64,000 nt of DNA from assembly GCA_013265495.1 (NCBI GenBank), contig MU058418.1, positions 1,514,917 to 1,578,916 of the forward strand. Direction: 5' to 3'. Position numbers and translations under genes: made by a program. Every line of letters begins with the position of its first letter. Positions within the stretch are counted from its first letter, which is position 1. This DNA comes from Vicugna vicugna (taxonomy: Eukaryota). Below the pieces are notes generated by a model that was not told where the DNA came from, searched no databases, and worked only from the letters and a program-made list of their open reading frames with translations. Positions 40,398-50,990 of this stretch are shown piece by piece.

Positions 40398-40813
40398 TGG
40401 CATCCTCACTTGGTAATATCTCACAGGTGAAGTCTGACAAAGAGTAGTGGGTTTCTGATGGTCTCTTTCAACCTACAGGTGGTATTTCAACAGTTGCTTA
40501 AGATGAAGCAATTCGTAGTTAAGACTCCTGACTCAGTCCCTGAAAACTAGAACCCTCTCCCATCCAATGAAATGCTAGGTTCTTAGAGACTCTGTAATCA
40601 ACCAGTAATTAAATGGACCCCCATCATTTAGCACCCCTGGCAACACTTGGCTTGCCTGCTCTGCAAACGTGGCCATGGCCAGAGTGGTAGAGGTGCTGTG
40701 ATAGGATAACGTGCTTAAAAGCAAAGTTGTAGGGGGGTATGGTATAGCTCAGCAGTAGAGTGCATGCTGAGTGTGCACGAGGTCCTGGGTTCAATCCCCG
40801 GAATCTCCATCAA
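40365..40813 (+). repeat. Local duplication copy 1 (pairs with 46125-46578)
   Basis: Colinear match of about 90% identity by eye to 46125-46578, in the same orientation. Confidence 0.95.
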
Positions 40814-40849
40814 ACATACAAAATAAAATGAGCAAAGGTTTAAAGAAAA
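40732..40849 (+). mobile_element. Camelid-type tRNA-derived SINE
   Basis: ggtatagctcagcagtagagtgcatgctgagtgtgcacgaggtcctgggttcaatcccc followed by an A-rich tail. Imperfect TSD aaaagcaaagt (40717-40727) / aaaggcagagt (40850-40860). Confidence 0.88.
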
Positions 40850-43800
40850 AAAGGCAGAGTACTATTGAAGGTGCACAAGTAATAGCTGAGCTCCATTAAA
40901 CAGACTTCATATAATTTTTTTCAGTGAGTAAGTTTTAGGACTGTTCCACAGCTTTGTGTCTATCCAGTTCCATGAAATTAGTTAATTTTCATTGCATTGT
41001 AAATTTTCATTAAGTTGCATTCTAATGTATTTGTACCTTTAAATTTGTATGCCAGGACTGCATAGGCTATCAATTTGATGAACTCCTCACAGGGATTGTT
41101 ATAAAAATATTTTTGTGTGTGTGATAAAAATAATTAAAACACTGAGATTCCAAATTGACAAGAATAGAAAGTGTCTCAAAATGAATATCAGAACTCTAAA
41201 TTGGTGATATTTATTCCATGCAGAAGCAATGTTTTTTTTGAAGACACAAAACTTAATTTAATAGAAATTTTGTTTGTAGTTCTTACATTCTCAGTATGAG
41301 CCGAGCTAGAACCCACTGCCCCACTCAGAAGTGGCCCAGTTCTGGGGGCAGGGAAGAAAGGGAAGGTGGTCAGAGTTCAGGCCCTCGGAACCTCATTCTT
41401 CCTCAGTGCTGGAGGGCCAGGGATACCATCCTCTTCCCCTACACCCCTCTGGGATCCAGAGAAGGAGAACAGATGGAATCTTGGGACTGGGGCTTCTCCT
41501 CCAGACCACACCCACCCTACCCCAAGTCCCAAGTTGGAGGAGAACTAAGAGATCTGAGGAGAGCAGGGGACAGAAGGTGACAATTTTTTTCCTCTGTGAG
41601 TCACATCTGTGTTAGGGTCCTAAAGATCATTGAGGGAATCTTGAGCATTAAAGAAGTTCTTATTTAACTTGTATCTTTTCAGAAATAGATCTAATGTATA
41701 AATAAAGAGAAATTCTAGATATTACATATGAAGTATGTGTGATGTAAACCATAATGTAAACTATAAAACCCACTGGTAGCCTGTGGTTAAAAGTAGCTAC
41801 GAGTTCATTCTGTTGCACTTTTGCATCTTAGGGTATGCGAAATTCTAGTATTACCCATTCTACCACCTATGTAATTCTCACCTTAACTCAAAACCCAGAA
41901 ATCCAGCAGACATTTTCAAGTGAATGTAAAGATCCTTAAATTCCTCTTGCTCCCTGTAGCCTGACATAGGATATATTTTGAGATGAGTGAGAGGAGAAAA
42001 TGAAGAACATCTCTTAACAGTGTCAGCAGCCTAGGAGGGTCCTCTCAGTTCCATGAATGAGAGGCCTCAGCCTGAAAAATTACATTTACATGTGTACAAT
42101 GGTGGACGGTACATGGGACCTGAGCACCAAAAACACCAGGTCTCAGATCACTTAACTCGCTATATGACTGTGGGCAGGTCACTTACCCTCTCTGAACTTC
42201 AGTTGTGTCCACTCTCAAATTGGGATAATAATCCCCAAACCAGTGATGTCTCAGGCTTATTCTAAACTCCAAATAAAACAATAAAAATGAACTGCTCCAA
42301 ATGAAAGCAGTTTGGAAACTATAAAGTGCTTTATAAATGTCAGATACTAACAATCTTTTGTTTTCTTCTTTAATCTTTCTAAAGTATAAGAAATGTCAAC
42401 AATTTTGTTTCTAAAATAATTCCACTTACAAACTTAACTATGTCAAATTCTGTTAGTCATCAGGTAACCATGGAGGAACAGCCAGGTCAGTATAATAGAC
42501 CATTTCTATAATATCCTCAATATTCTCCTATTTTGTGTCCTTTGGTAAGGTAAGCTGAGATGCTTTATTGCTTTTAAATAATTCCTTCCTATAATTCTGC
42601 CCTTGTCATTCTTTTCAATAGTTCTGATGTGCCTGGCAGACATTTACTGCATTGGGATGGCACTTCACTCTCAGTCACTGGGGCAAGAGATATGTGGGGT
42701 TTCCCTTGGACAAGATATGAGGTCATCTTTGGACCCATCTAAAGGGGCTGGAGTGAACTCTGGATTTCTAGAGCATGGGAAGGAGTTGCAAGCAACCAGT
42801 GGAATAGCACTGCATCCACTCAGGGTTTCAGGGAGAGCAGTCCCCATTAATGGGAAACTCCAAAGGAGCCAGGAAAGACCCACATGGGTTGCTTTAACCA
42901 TGGGCCAGGCACAGCAAGCTCAAAGCCATAAACTCCTGGAAGGAGTACTCTACCTCCTGGCTTCTCCTCTCCCCACTTTCTGCCCACCTCCACCCAGGCT
43001 GGGTCTCAAGGAACCTCCAGTGAATGGGGAAGTGATGAGCCCAAGCCAGTTGCATCTCTGCTGGGAAAGTCAACTACAGCTTTAAGCCTAAGAAGGGGAT
43101 GGGGGACGAAGGCTAACTTCCAAGTAAAGTTTGATGCATTTGTTCATATCTTGTACCCAACATTAGAATTTGGGATGAAGCTGTGGTTGAGACTTAGCTA
43201 CTATAAGACTATCAATTATCTATAAATGAGCAGAAAATACAACTCTACCCAACTTTCTATCCAGGGCTGGGGGAAGATAACCAATACTGAACTATACTTC
43301 TAAATGGTACTGAGAGACAAGAATAAAGTTCCATTTTGATCATGTCTTACAAGTTGTGAATTCAAAGTACTAGTCATGGTTTTATATTAAATGAGCAAAG
43401 GTCTCTTTGCACAATGGAGTCCACTGACCGGTAAAAGAAACTTGATGATACGATAAATCATGTTGAATCACTGGAAAAGATTTCAACACCGAAGAACATA
43501 AATGCTTTGTATTAGGCCCTAAAATTATCCAATCAACTAAGAAATATTTATTGTCTGTTATATGTGAAATCCTGTTGGATATCTTGAAGAATATTTAGAT
43601 TCCTTTAGTTCAGGCTAATATAATTTCCCTCGTAGCATCATGCATTACACATAGTATGTGCTCAAAAATATTCTCAATTTAATTATTCTTTATAAAATAC
43701 TTAGCATGAAGGGATGTGGCATTTTTCCAATGTTGACAACAACACTTCAGTGGAAAAATCCCCATACTTATAAAACGTGGTGCAAACCTGAATGGAAAGT

Positions 43801-43939
43801 GATTATGGTCTCACTTGTATTTAACACTGTAAAGTGTTGCTGAATGGTCTAATAATAAAGAACAGAATTTAAACCAGGAACATATAAGTGGGGTTCTTTT
43901 CGTCAATCAACTGCGATAACCCAGTAAGAACAAAAAAAA

Positions 43940-44350
43940 TGATTGCTGGTGAGATGCCTAGACTTGAATCTGTGCCTATCACATACTAGACCTCGGGCCC
44001 CTATTTTGTCTCCTGTGAATGGGGATGCCAAGTTGGTGACCTCAGAGTGCCAGGGATGCTCATAAAGATAATATACAGTGAAACATCCTTTGTAAAATCT
44101 AAAGTGCTTCACAAATGCAAGGTCTTAAAAGTAAAACTTTAACATTCGTTGACTGCCACATGCATAGCACTTAATCTATTTCTTCCTTCAGTCTTCACGA
44201 CCACCACAAGACCTAGCTAGGTACAACTATTTCCTTCCGTTTGACAAATGAGGAAACTGAGAGGTTAAGCAACTAGTTCAAGATTATACTGAACGCAGCT
44301 TGAACCAGTAAATCCTGAATCTTACCCCTAACACTAAGCTGCCATCCTTA
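43940..44350. mobile_element. Two MIR SINEs in opposite orientation directly upstream of the CpG island
   Basis: Plus copy gcctagacttgaatctgtg...gtctcctgtgaatgggga (~43940-44130); minus copy tttgacaaatgaggaaactgagaggttaagcaactagttcaag (~44140-44350). Confidence 0.65.
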
Positions 44351-44899
44351 TTGTTATTCTGTAGAGGCGGTGAGATCTCCTAGGGGCTCAACAAACGCGG
44401 TTCCGTAAACTGCTAATTTAAAAGTAGATGCCTTTCCACCCCCGCTTTTCGACGCGGATCCCTCGCCCTTTCTCGCAGCACCTGACGCTCCCACTCTGAT
44501 CCTGAAGCCCTTGCCCAGGCTCCTGCCCTCCACCGCCGGCTGGCGCCCAACTTCAGCATTTCCACGCATGCGTTGGGGAGACCTGCACAGGCCCAGTGGC
44601 CGAGCGGCGCTGAGGGAACTCCCACCTCGACTCTGTTGGCCCCACCCCCCCCGGGCCCCGCCTGGCCCTTCTGCTGCTCTGCTTCGCGGCTGCTGCTGCC
44701 TCGGAAAAGCTGGAGAATGAGCTGAATCTCCGCAGTTGTTACTGTCTCCAACGCTAACCACAGGTGCTTTGGGTCTGGCCGGAAGCCGCCTTCCCTGCGC
44801 CCGCTCCCAACTCCTTCCCTGGCCAGCTCCGCCTGCCAGGCGGCTACCTGGCTCTGCAGGGAGGCATCCCGGGCGGCGGGTATAGTTAGTTTGTGTACA

Positions 44900-44913
44900 G
44901 TTACCATGGAGAC
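44900..44913. promoter_or_regulatory. RFX X-box motif GTTACCATGGAGAC
   Basis: Near-palindromic match to the RFX consensus GTTRCCATGGYAAC, within the promoter of a cilia/flagella gene. Confidence 0.75.
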
Positions 44914-44929
44914 GCTGGCTGGCCCGGCT

Positions 44930-45060
44930 TTGCGGGCTGAGCAGCCCGCGGGCAAGCGGACAAGCTGGCAGGGTGAAGATGCTGCTGTGCTCTGCTCTGG
45001 TCTGGACCGGTGGAGGAAGGGGCATTGCAGGAAGTAGGGGAGCCGCTGTCCGCGCGGGAG
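44930..45060 (+). other. ARMC2: ARMC2 exon 1 (5' UTR; start position approximate)
   Basis: Lies in the CpG island just downstream of the X-box and ends at a good donor GAG|GTGAGG (45060/45061). The next exon starts with an acceptor 43 nt before the ATG, so an upstream exon is required. The TSS cannot be seen directly. Confidence 0.55.
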
Positions 45061-45719
45061 GTGAGGCGGTTCACCGGGAACCTCTCCGTCTTTCTGTCCC
45101 TGGATGGGGACAGAGAGTGCCCTGTGCATGCTCTCCGGGTCGGGCCGCGGCTGTCTTTATTTCTATAAATTTTGAGCTTTTAGCCAAGCGCGTGGTGCTT
45201 AGTAGAAACTCAGTAGTATTTGTTGAATGAAAGTGTGATAGACTAAGGAGCTTTGTCTAGGCAGTGATCCAGCCAAGGTCACACAAATTGTCATCTGGGC
45301 TCTTCTAGGCAACAGAGTTACAATAAATAAATAAGTGTATGTGCAACAATATACATTAAAATAAATCATATATGCGTAACCCTTTTATCCATTCCCACGA
45401 GTATCACAGCAGATCCTCCATCTCACCCTGGTGAATTACTTGGTAGAAAAGCAAGTACCACTCTTTATTTGTAACCTTTTTTGTGAATCTACCAAATTCT
45501 GATTAGTTGTGTTTTGACATAGCTGATAATCCATAAAATACTTAATAAAAATTCTGTTTTCATAAAGCACAACACCCTGGTTTAAATTTTAAAATACATA
45601 AAATGTATGGAAACACTGAACAATGCCATTTCCTTTCTCCTGCAACTTCTTTTTTTAAAGGCAGTTTTTCATTCATAGGAAAAATTTTTGTTGTATCCTT
45701 TTATTACATAGCTCTTGGA

Positions 45720-45930
45720 CAGTGGTTAATGTTTTTTAAGGGCCAGGTACCATGCTGAAGCACTTTACATGGATTATGTTATTCTCAGAACAGTTACTAT
45801 TACAACACACATTTTACAGACGAGGAAACTGAAGCTCAGAGAAGTTAGAAGCCCTGGTGGAGGTTAAATCGCTGTAAATTGTCAGAGTATTTGAACCCTT
45901 ACTCCAGCATCTAAGCATTTAACCACTGCT
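45720..45930 (-). mobile_element. MIR SINE
   Basis: gccaggtaccatgctgaagcactttacatgg...cattttacagacgaggaaactgaagctcagagaagtta. Confidence 0.8.
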
Positions 45931-46124
45931 TCTTTGGATACTCATATTAACACAAAAGTCATTCAAAATCATGGTAACGGTCTTGAGTATTTGATCTGTA
46001 GGAAAAAGAGTATGGAGATGGCCAGTCTTTCCCCTGTTGCAAACATCCTGATAGTGCAGTGTTGCATTTAGCAAGAAGGATCCGCTTCAGGTGACTGACT
46101 ATTTGCAGCACAGGTAAAGACAGA

Positions 46125-46578
46125 TTCTGTTACTCACAGCTGAAAGCTTCCAAAAGATTGGCATCCTCACTTGGTAATGCCTCACAGGTGAAGTCTGATA
46201 AAGAATAGCAGGTTTCTGATGGTCTCTTTCAACCTATAGATGGTACTTCAGCAGTTGTTTAAGATGACGCAATTTGTAGTTAAGACTCCTGACTCAGTCC
46301 CTGAAAACTAGAACCCTCTCCCATCCAATGAAATGCTAGGTTCTTAGAGACTCTGTAATCAACCAGTAATTAAATGGACCCTCATCATTTAGCACCCTTG
46401 GCAACATTTGGCTTGCCTGCTCTGCAAACGTGGCTGTGGCCTGAGTGGTGGAGGTGCTGTCATAGGATAATGTGCTGAAAAGCAAAGTAAGTTGTTGCGG
46501 GGTGTAGTACAGCTCAGCGGTAGAGTGCATGCTGGGCGTGCTTGAGGTCCTGAGTTCAATCCCCAGAATCTCCATCAA
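46125..46578 (+). repeat. Local duplication copy 2 in ARMC2 intron 1, including a tail-less SINE at ~46497-46578
   Basis: Colinear match to 40365-40813; ends at gaatctccatcaa where the SINE tail would begin. Confidence 0.95.
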
Positions 46579-47674
46579 GTAAACACCTGGCATATTCACC
46601 TGGAACACGTTGTGGGTAGTTATCATCATATTGTTTTCCTCAAAAACTCTTAGGGTGGATAGAACAAAACATATGTTCTTGTTTATTGTTAAGAATCATA
46701 ATAAATCCTCTTTAGTTGTCTAAGAAATCACCTGTTGATTCTACTTACAGAAATGGAGTCTTTTTCATTTCCTTGGGCATATGTCACAAAAACTTGTTTT
46801 CTTTTTTTGTAGAAATTATTCTAAAATTGGGCAGCTGAAATATATGAATAATTTCTAGACCTCTGTCTCCCTGGAGATATAACTTTCTCAGGGGATTAAA
46901 GTTTTTCATTTTGTTTTTTAAATGAACACCTAATACTATACACTAATTAGTACACGACTTTAACTCTTTAACTGGGCAGTAGCTTGGGAAAGGATATTTG
47001 GTATTTGGTATTGATATTTGGTATTTATTCATGGTAGGACACTATCTCAAATAGAAGGTGATTCGAATCAACTCATTCAAATATATAGGCAAATGTAAGG
47101 CTAAACCTTTCTGAGTGTACAAACTACAGTGATAAAAGCTAATATAGTTTGGAAAGAGGCCCCATCTGACTAACTTTAACTTTATACTCACATTTTGTGT
47201 GCGGGGCAGTGGAAAAGAAACGGAAACTTCGGTTAAAAATGTTAACAGAACCACCACCACATACACATACCATGTGTTTTTTATGTATTGGAGATTATCA
47301 GATGGTTTTCCCTTCCTGCTCTGGATTCTTTCACAGTTTATTCTCTTGCACTCCGGTTTAGCTTTCATTCTGGATCTCTTCCCCGCACATCATTTCCCTC
47401 AATCACATGTGTTCCCAGAGGCTTAACTGCTGTCATCCTGTGTTTTTGAAGGCTCTTCTCCCATCTTTATCTTCTAACTGTAACTGCCTGGTAGATTTTT
47501 AATGAAAAGATGTGATTTTTTTTCAAGTTCAATGTAGAATAATGGTTTAAGCATGTATGAGTAGCTTTTAAACACTCCTTTCTAAATGACTGAATGAAAA
47601 TAGTTGATTTTTTTTTACCATTTATTTGCAGGGTGTGGTGTTTATCTGAAGAACATTTTACTTTAAAAGGAAAG

Positions 47675-47892
47675 ATGCTGTCTCCAAATGATAAAAAGTT
47701 AGAAAAGCTGGATCCATTTTACCGACCTTCAGTGTCCAAGCAGAAGACAAGCGCAGAAATCATAAGTGAAGCACGAAATGCCTTGAGAACTGTTAGGACC
47801 CAAAGACCACTTACACCACTGGAAGACCAAAGAAAACTATTTGGATCCGCATCTTCAAGAACACCAGAAAATAGACCTCCATCCTCCTTCAG
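47675..47892 (+). CDS. ARMC2: ARMC2 (armadillo repeat-containing protein 2), first coding exon; exon starts at 47632 with 43 nt of 5' UTR
   Basis: Translates MLSPNDKKLEKLDPFYRPSVSKQKTSAEIISEARNALRTVRTQRPLTP...ENRPPSSF, recognised as the ARMC2 N-terminus. Acceptor tttgcag|G at 47631/47632, donor AG|gtatgt at 47892/47893. 218 coding nt, phase 2. Confidence 0.96.
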
Positions 47893-48350
47893 GTATGTGA
47901 CATTTCTCTTGCCTGTACACTCAGATGTGTAAACCACCAGATGACATTTTCCCTTAATTCTAATTGTGGATAGTTGCTTTCTAAGTTTGACTTCTCGTGT
48001 CTGTTCAAGATTTCTAAAGATAATTCCAGACCTTGGGTCCAAGAAGTTGCTTTGGTTTGAAATGGTTAATAGTGGTTGATATGAAAGAAGTGATATGAAA
48101 GAAGCTTTAAAAAGAATCACTATAAACATTTCTTCTTTTCATTATTCAGTATTTTTAATCCTCCTAAAATCAACAAAAAGAATATGAATAAAATGTGTAA
48201 AGTACTGTGCTTCTTTAAAAATTACTTCTTCCTCAAGGTTATGCACTGAATGCTTTTAGTTGTTTGGGGACTAGAGTTCACTAACATATACTAGAAATAA
48301 AAGAAATGATGCTTTGCAAACTAACATTTTTGTTCCATCTCCTGCGCTAG

Positions 48351-48423
48351 TGTCCATGCGTCCAGTTTTGAGTCCTCTGATTCCAAGCCCATCTCTGGCA
48401 CCCGTCTCAGTCCTCTAGAGCTT
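48351..48423 (+). CDS. ARMC2: ARMC2 coding exon 2 (73 nt)
   Basis: Acceptor ctag|T, donor CTT|gtgagt. Continues the frame as (S)VHASSFESSDSKPISGTRLSPLEL, matching ARMC2. Too short to appear in the ORF track. Confidence 0.93.
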
Positions 48424-48679
48424 GTGAGTACTTTGTATTACCATGAGTGCTGTGAAATGGAATTGGTCCCAATTACTTGGAATCAACACTTATATATGCT
48501 AAGAAAGTGACCACATAGACCTAAATGTATTAATAATTTAATATGAAAGAAAATTCTTCTTCATTTTTTCAAATATAATGGTTAGTATCTAATGAAACAC
48601 TTCTATTATTCACCTATAGTTTGATAGTGGAAGAGTTTTAGAAATATATAGAAACCTGGCAAAAAATGTTTCACAGTAT

Positions 48680-50990
48680 TTTTTTAAGTTACAAATATAT
48701 ATTTTATTTTTCATAGTTACATATACAAGTAAACTATAGGTGCATGTATATTGAGTGAAAGATTTCTTACCAAAAAAACCCTCCACTGGTCTCTTGTCCC
48801 TTTATTTTTCATTCTCCCTTCCACAGCGGCTCTCACTTTAAACTCTCTTGGCACATTCTTTTGGTGTTGAGATCCAAACTTTTAAATAACACAGTGTCTT
48901 GCTGCTCTCTGACTTATGAGCTTGAGGAATTATCTAATGACTTCCCACTAGGGAAGATGAAGATTTAATTCTTGTCTGTCCTCCCACGCCTCCTCACAGC
49001 ACATTCACCCTTTCTATCCCCACTGCTACTCCCAATATAGATATATCATAATTTTGGCTAGGTCCCTTTTCTCTGACTGTGATTATATAAATCCTGTTTA
49101 TAGATGGGCCTTGAACTAATGATAATTAATGATGATTACTTCTCCTTCCCTACACTATTTTTTGTTTTCCCTGGTGTTAATTGCCTTGCTTTTTTAGTTT
49201 TATATTATTACTGTTTTAACTCCAAACTCTTCCCCAGTGGTCTAGGTCTCCTTCTTATACCCAGGCACATGAGATGTTCTATTGATTCATCTCCTTGGAG
49301 AACCTTCCACTCTCCCTCCTGGACCACTTGCCCTGGGCATCTGGTGCACACCTTGCTCCTCCTTCCCATGGTGGCTTTCCTGGTTCCTATATTCCAAGTC
49401 CTCCCCTTTGTTGATTTACTCTTGTTTTAGTGGAAAACTCCCTTCAATAGCTTCTTGAGGAAGGAGGTATGGGAAATAAATTATTTGAGACCTTGACTGC
49501 TGATGCGCTCTGGAAATTTGCAGGATTTTTCTTTTTGTTCCCAGTGTTATGAAATGTCACAATGCTGGGCATTTTCAATGTAGAATCTTGTACCCTTCAG
49601 TTCTGGAAAGTGTCCTTGAAATTATTTTGATGTCTTCCCCTCTTTTCTGTTCTGTTTACCTTTTCTAGAATGTATTATTTGAATGTAGGAGCCCCTGAAC
49701 TGGCACTTCAGTTTTTCTTATTTTCTCTTTTCTCTTTCTCATATCATTTTTTGGATGAGACTTTATCTTCTAATCCTTTTATTGAGTCCTTTTCATTTCT
49801 ACTATTGTATTTTTAATTTTCAAAAGCTTTCCCCCACCCCTAAATTATCTTTTTTTAATATATAGTATTCTGTTCTTTTTTCATGGTTGTAGCATTTTAT
49901 CTGCATATATTAATGGTAGTTTTGATTTTTGAATTGTTTTCTTCTCCTGAAATCTCTGTTGCTCTGTGTGTGTGTGTGTGTGTGTGTGTGGCTTGAAAAA
50001 ACAAATTTTTATTTTCTCACAGTTCTAAAGGTTAGGAGTCCAAGATCAAGATGGCAGTAGAGTTGATTTCTTCTGAGGCTTTTCTCCTTGGCTTATAGAT
50101 AACCATCTTCTCCCAGTGTCTTTACATGGTCTGTCCTCTGTGTCTCTGTTGCAGTTTTATATTTGTCTTGGTCTCTCTGTTTTCATATCAGAGGCTCTCC
50201 TCTGATAGCTCTACTGCTTGTTTGGCTGTTCTTATTTGAGAGTGGAGGCATGTGGAAGGTGTTGGTCAACCCATAGACAGTACCTACCCAAACCTTCATT
50301 TAGAGGGGTTTGGCTGGGCTGTGCTGTTTGTAAGACCCCCCAGTAGCAGTAGCTTTACGGCTTTCCTTGTGGGCTAGTCAGTTCTCTATAGAAGTATCTT
50401 TCAAGCTTTTTCTTAGAGAATAAAGGCTTCCAGGAGCCAGGAGGAAGAAGTTAGGAATGCCTAGCATTCAGTACATAAATGCTCAGTTAATATCTATGTT
50501 TATGTTAACCCTCAATTGTGCCTAGTTAGCTGATTCAGAGACCCTCTGTTTTATCCTCTCCAGAGAATAAATGTCCCACCTAATCCTGGATCAGTAGCCT
50601 GACTGTGTGGAGCTGGGAGGGAAGGAATTATACAAACTTTCAACCAGTTCTCCTTATTTTAGACACCCCTCCCTTGATGCCCCTGCTACCGCAAGCACCT
50701 GGTAATACCAGTTCCTTAGACTTTCATGGAATTGGGATGTCAGTCAAGCTGCTGCTCCATTTTTATTACTGTATATGTGTGTGCATATGTTTGTTTTTGA
50801 TCAACTATGTTAAAGTAAACTTCAGACCTTCTAAGACTTCATCCACGAAAGTGTGCATTTCATACGCACAGGGGCAGTCTCCTACACAACCACAATGCTG
50901 TCATCACAGCTCAGAAAATTAACATTACCCAGTAGAATCATTTAATGTATCATCCATGTCCAAATGACCCCAATTGTCTCAAAATGCATC
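48680..50990 (-). mobile_element. Cluster of old L1M fragments in an ARMC2 intron
   Basis: T-rich L1 antisense remnants such as cttcagttctggaaagtgtccttgaaattattttg and acaaccacaatgctgtcatcacagctcagaaaattaaca. Boundaries approximate. Confidence 0.55.
49965..50145 (-). mobile_element. (TG)n tract followed by an internal MLT1B-like LTR fragment
   Basis: tttattttctcacagttctaaaggttaggagtccaagatcaagatggcag...ttcttctgaggcttttctccttggcttatagataaccatcttctcc. Confidence 0.75.

Larger units (their letters stand above)
44380..45200 (+). promoter_or_regulatory. ARMC2: CpG-island promoter of ARMC2
   Basis: Sharp rise in GC and CpG content against a CpG-depleted background. Contains a GC box (CCCCGCC 44656-44662), an ETS-type CCGGAAG (44779-44785) and an X-box. 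Lies ~2.5 kb upstream of the first coding exon. Confidence 0.85.

Noticed and set aside
40732..40813. tRNA-like sequence with A and B boxes (also ~18220-18290 and ~46497-46578)
   Set aside because: A-rich tails, TSDs and degenerate stems indicate tRNA-derived SINEs, not tRNA genes.
43440..43500. TGATGA box-C-like motif suggesting a C/D snoRNA
   Set aside because: No properly placed CTGA box D or terminal stem, and it is not intronic.
44354..45129. Long minus-strand ORFs (223 aa and 238 aa) over the CpG island
   Set aside because: GC-rich DNA is poor in stop codons, the products are low-complexity Ala/Gly/Arg/Pro with no recognisable domain, and the starts are non-ATG. A divergent non-coding transcript cannot be excluded.
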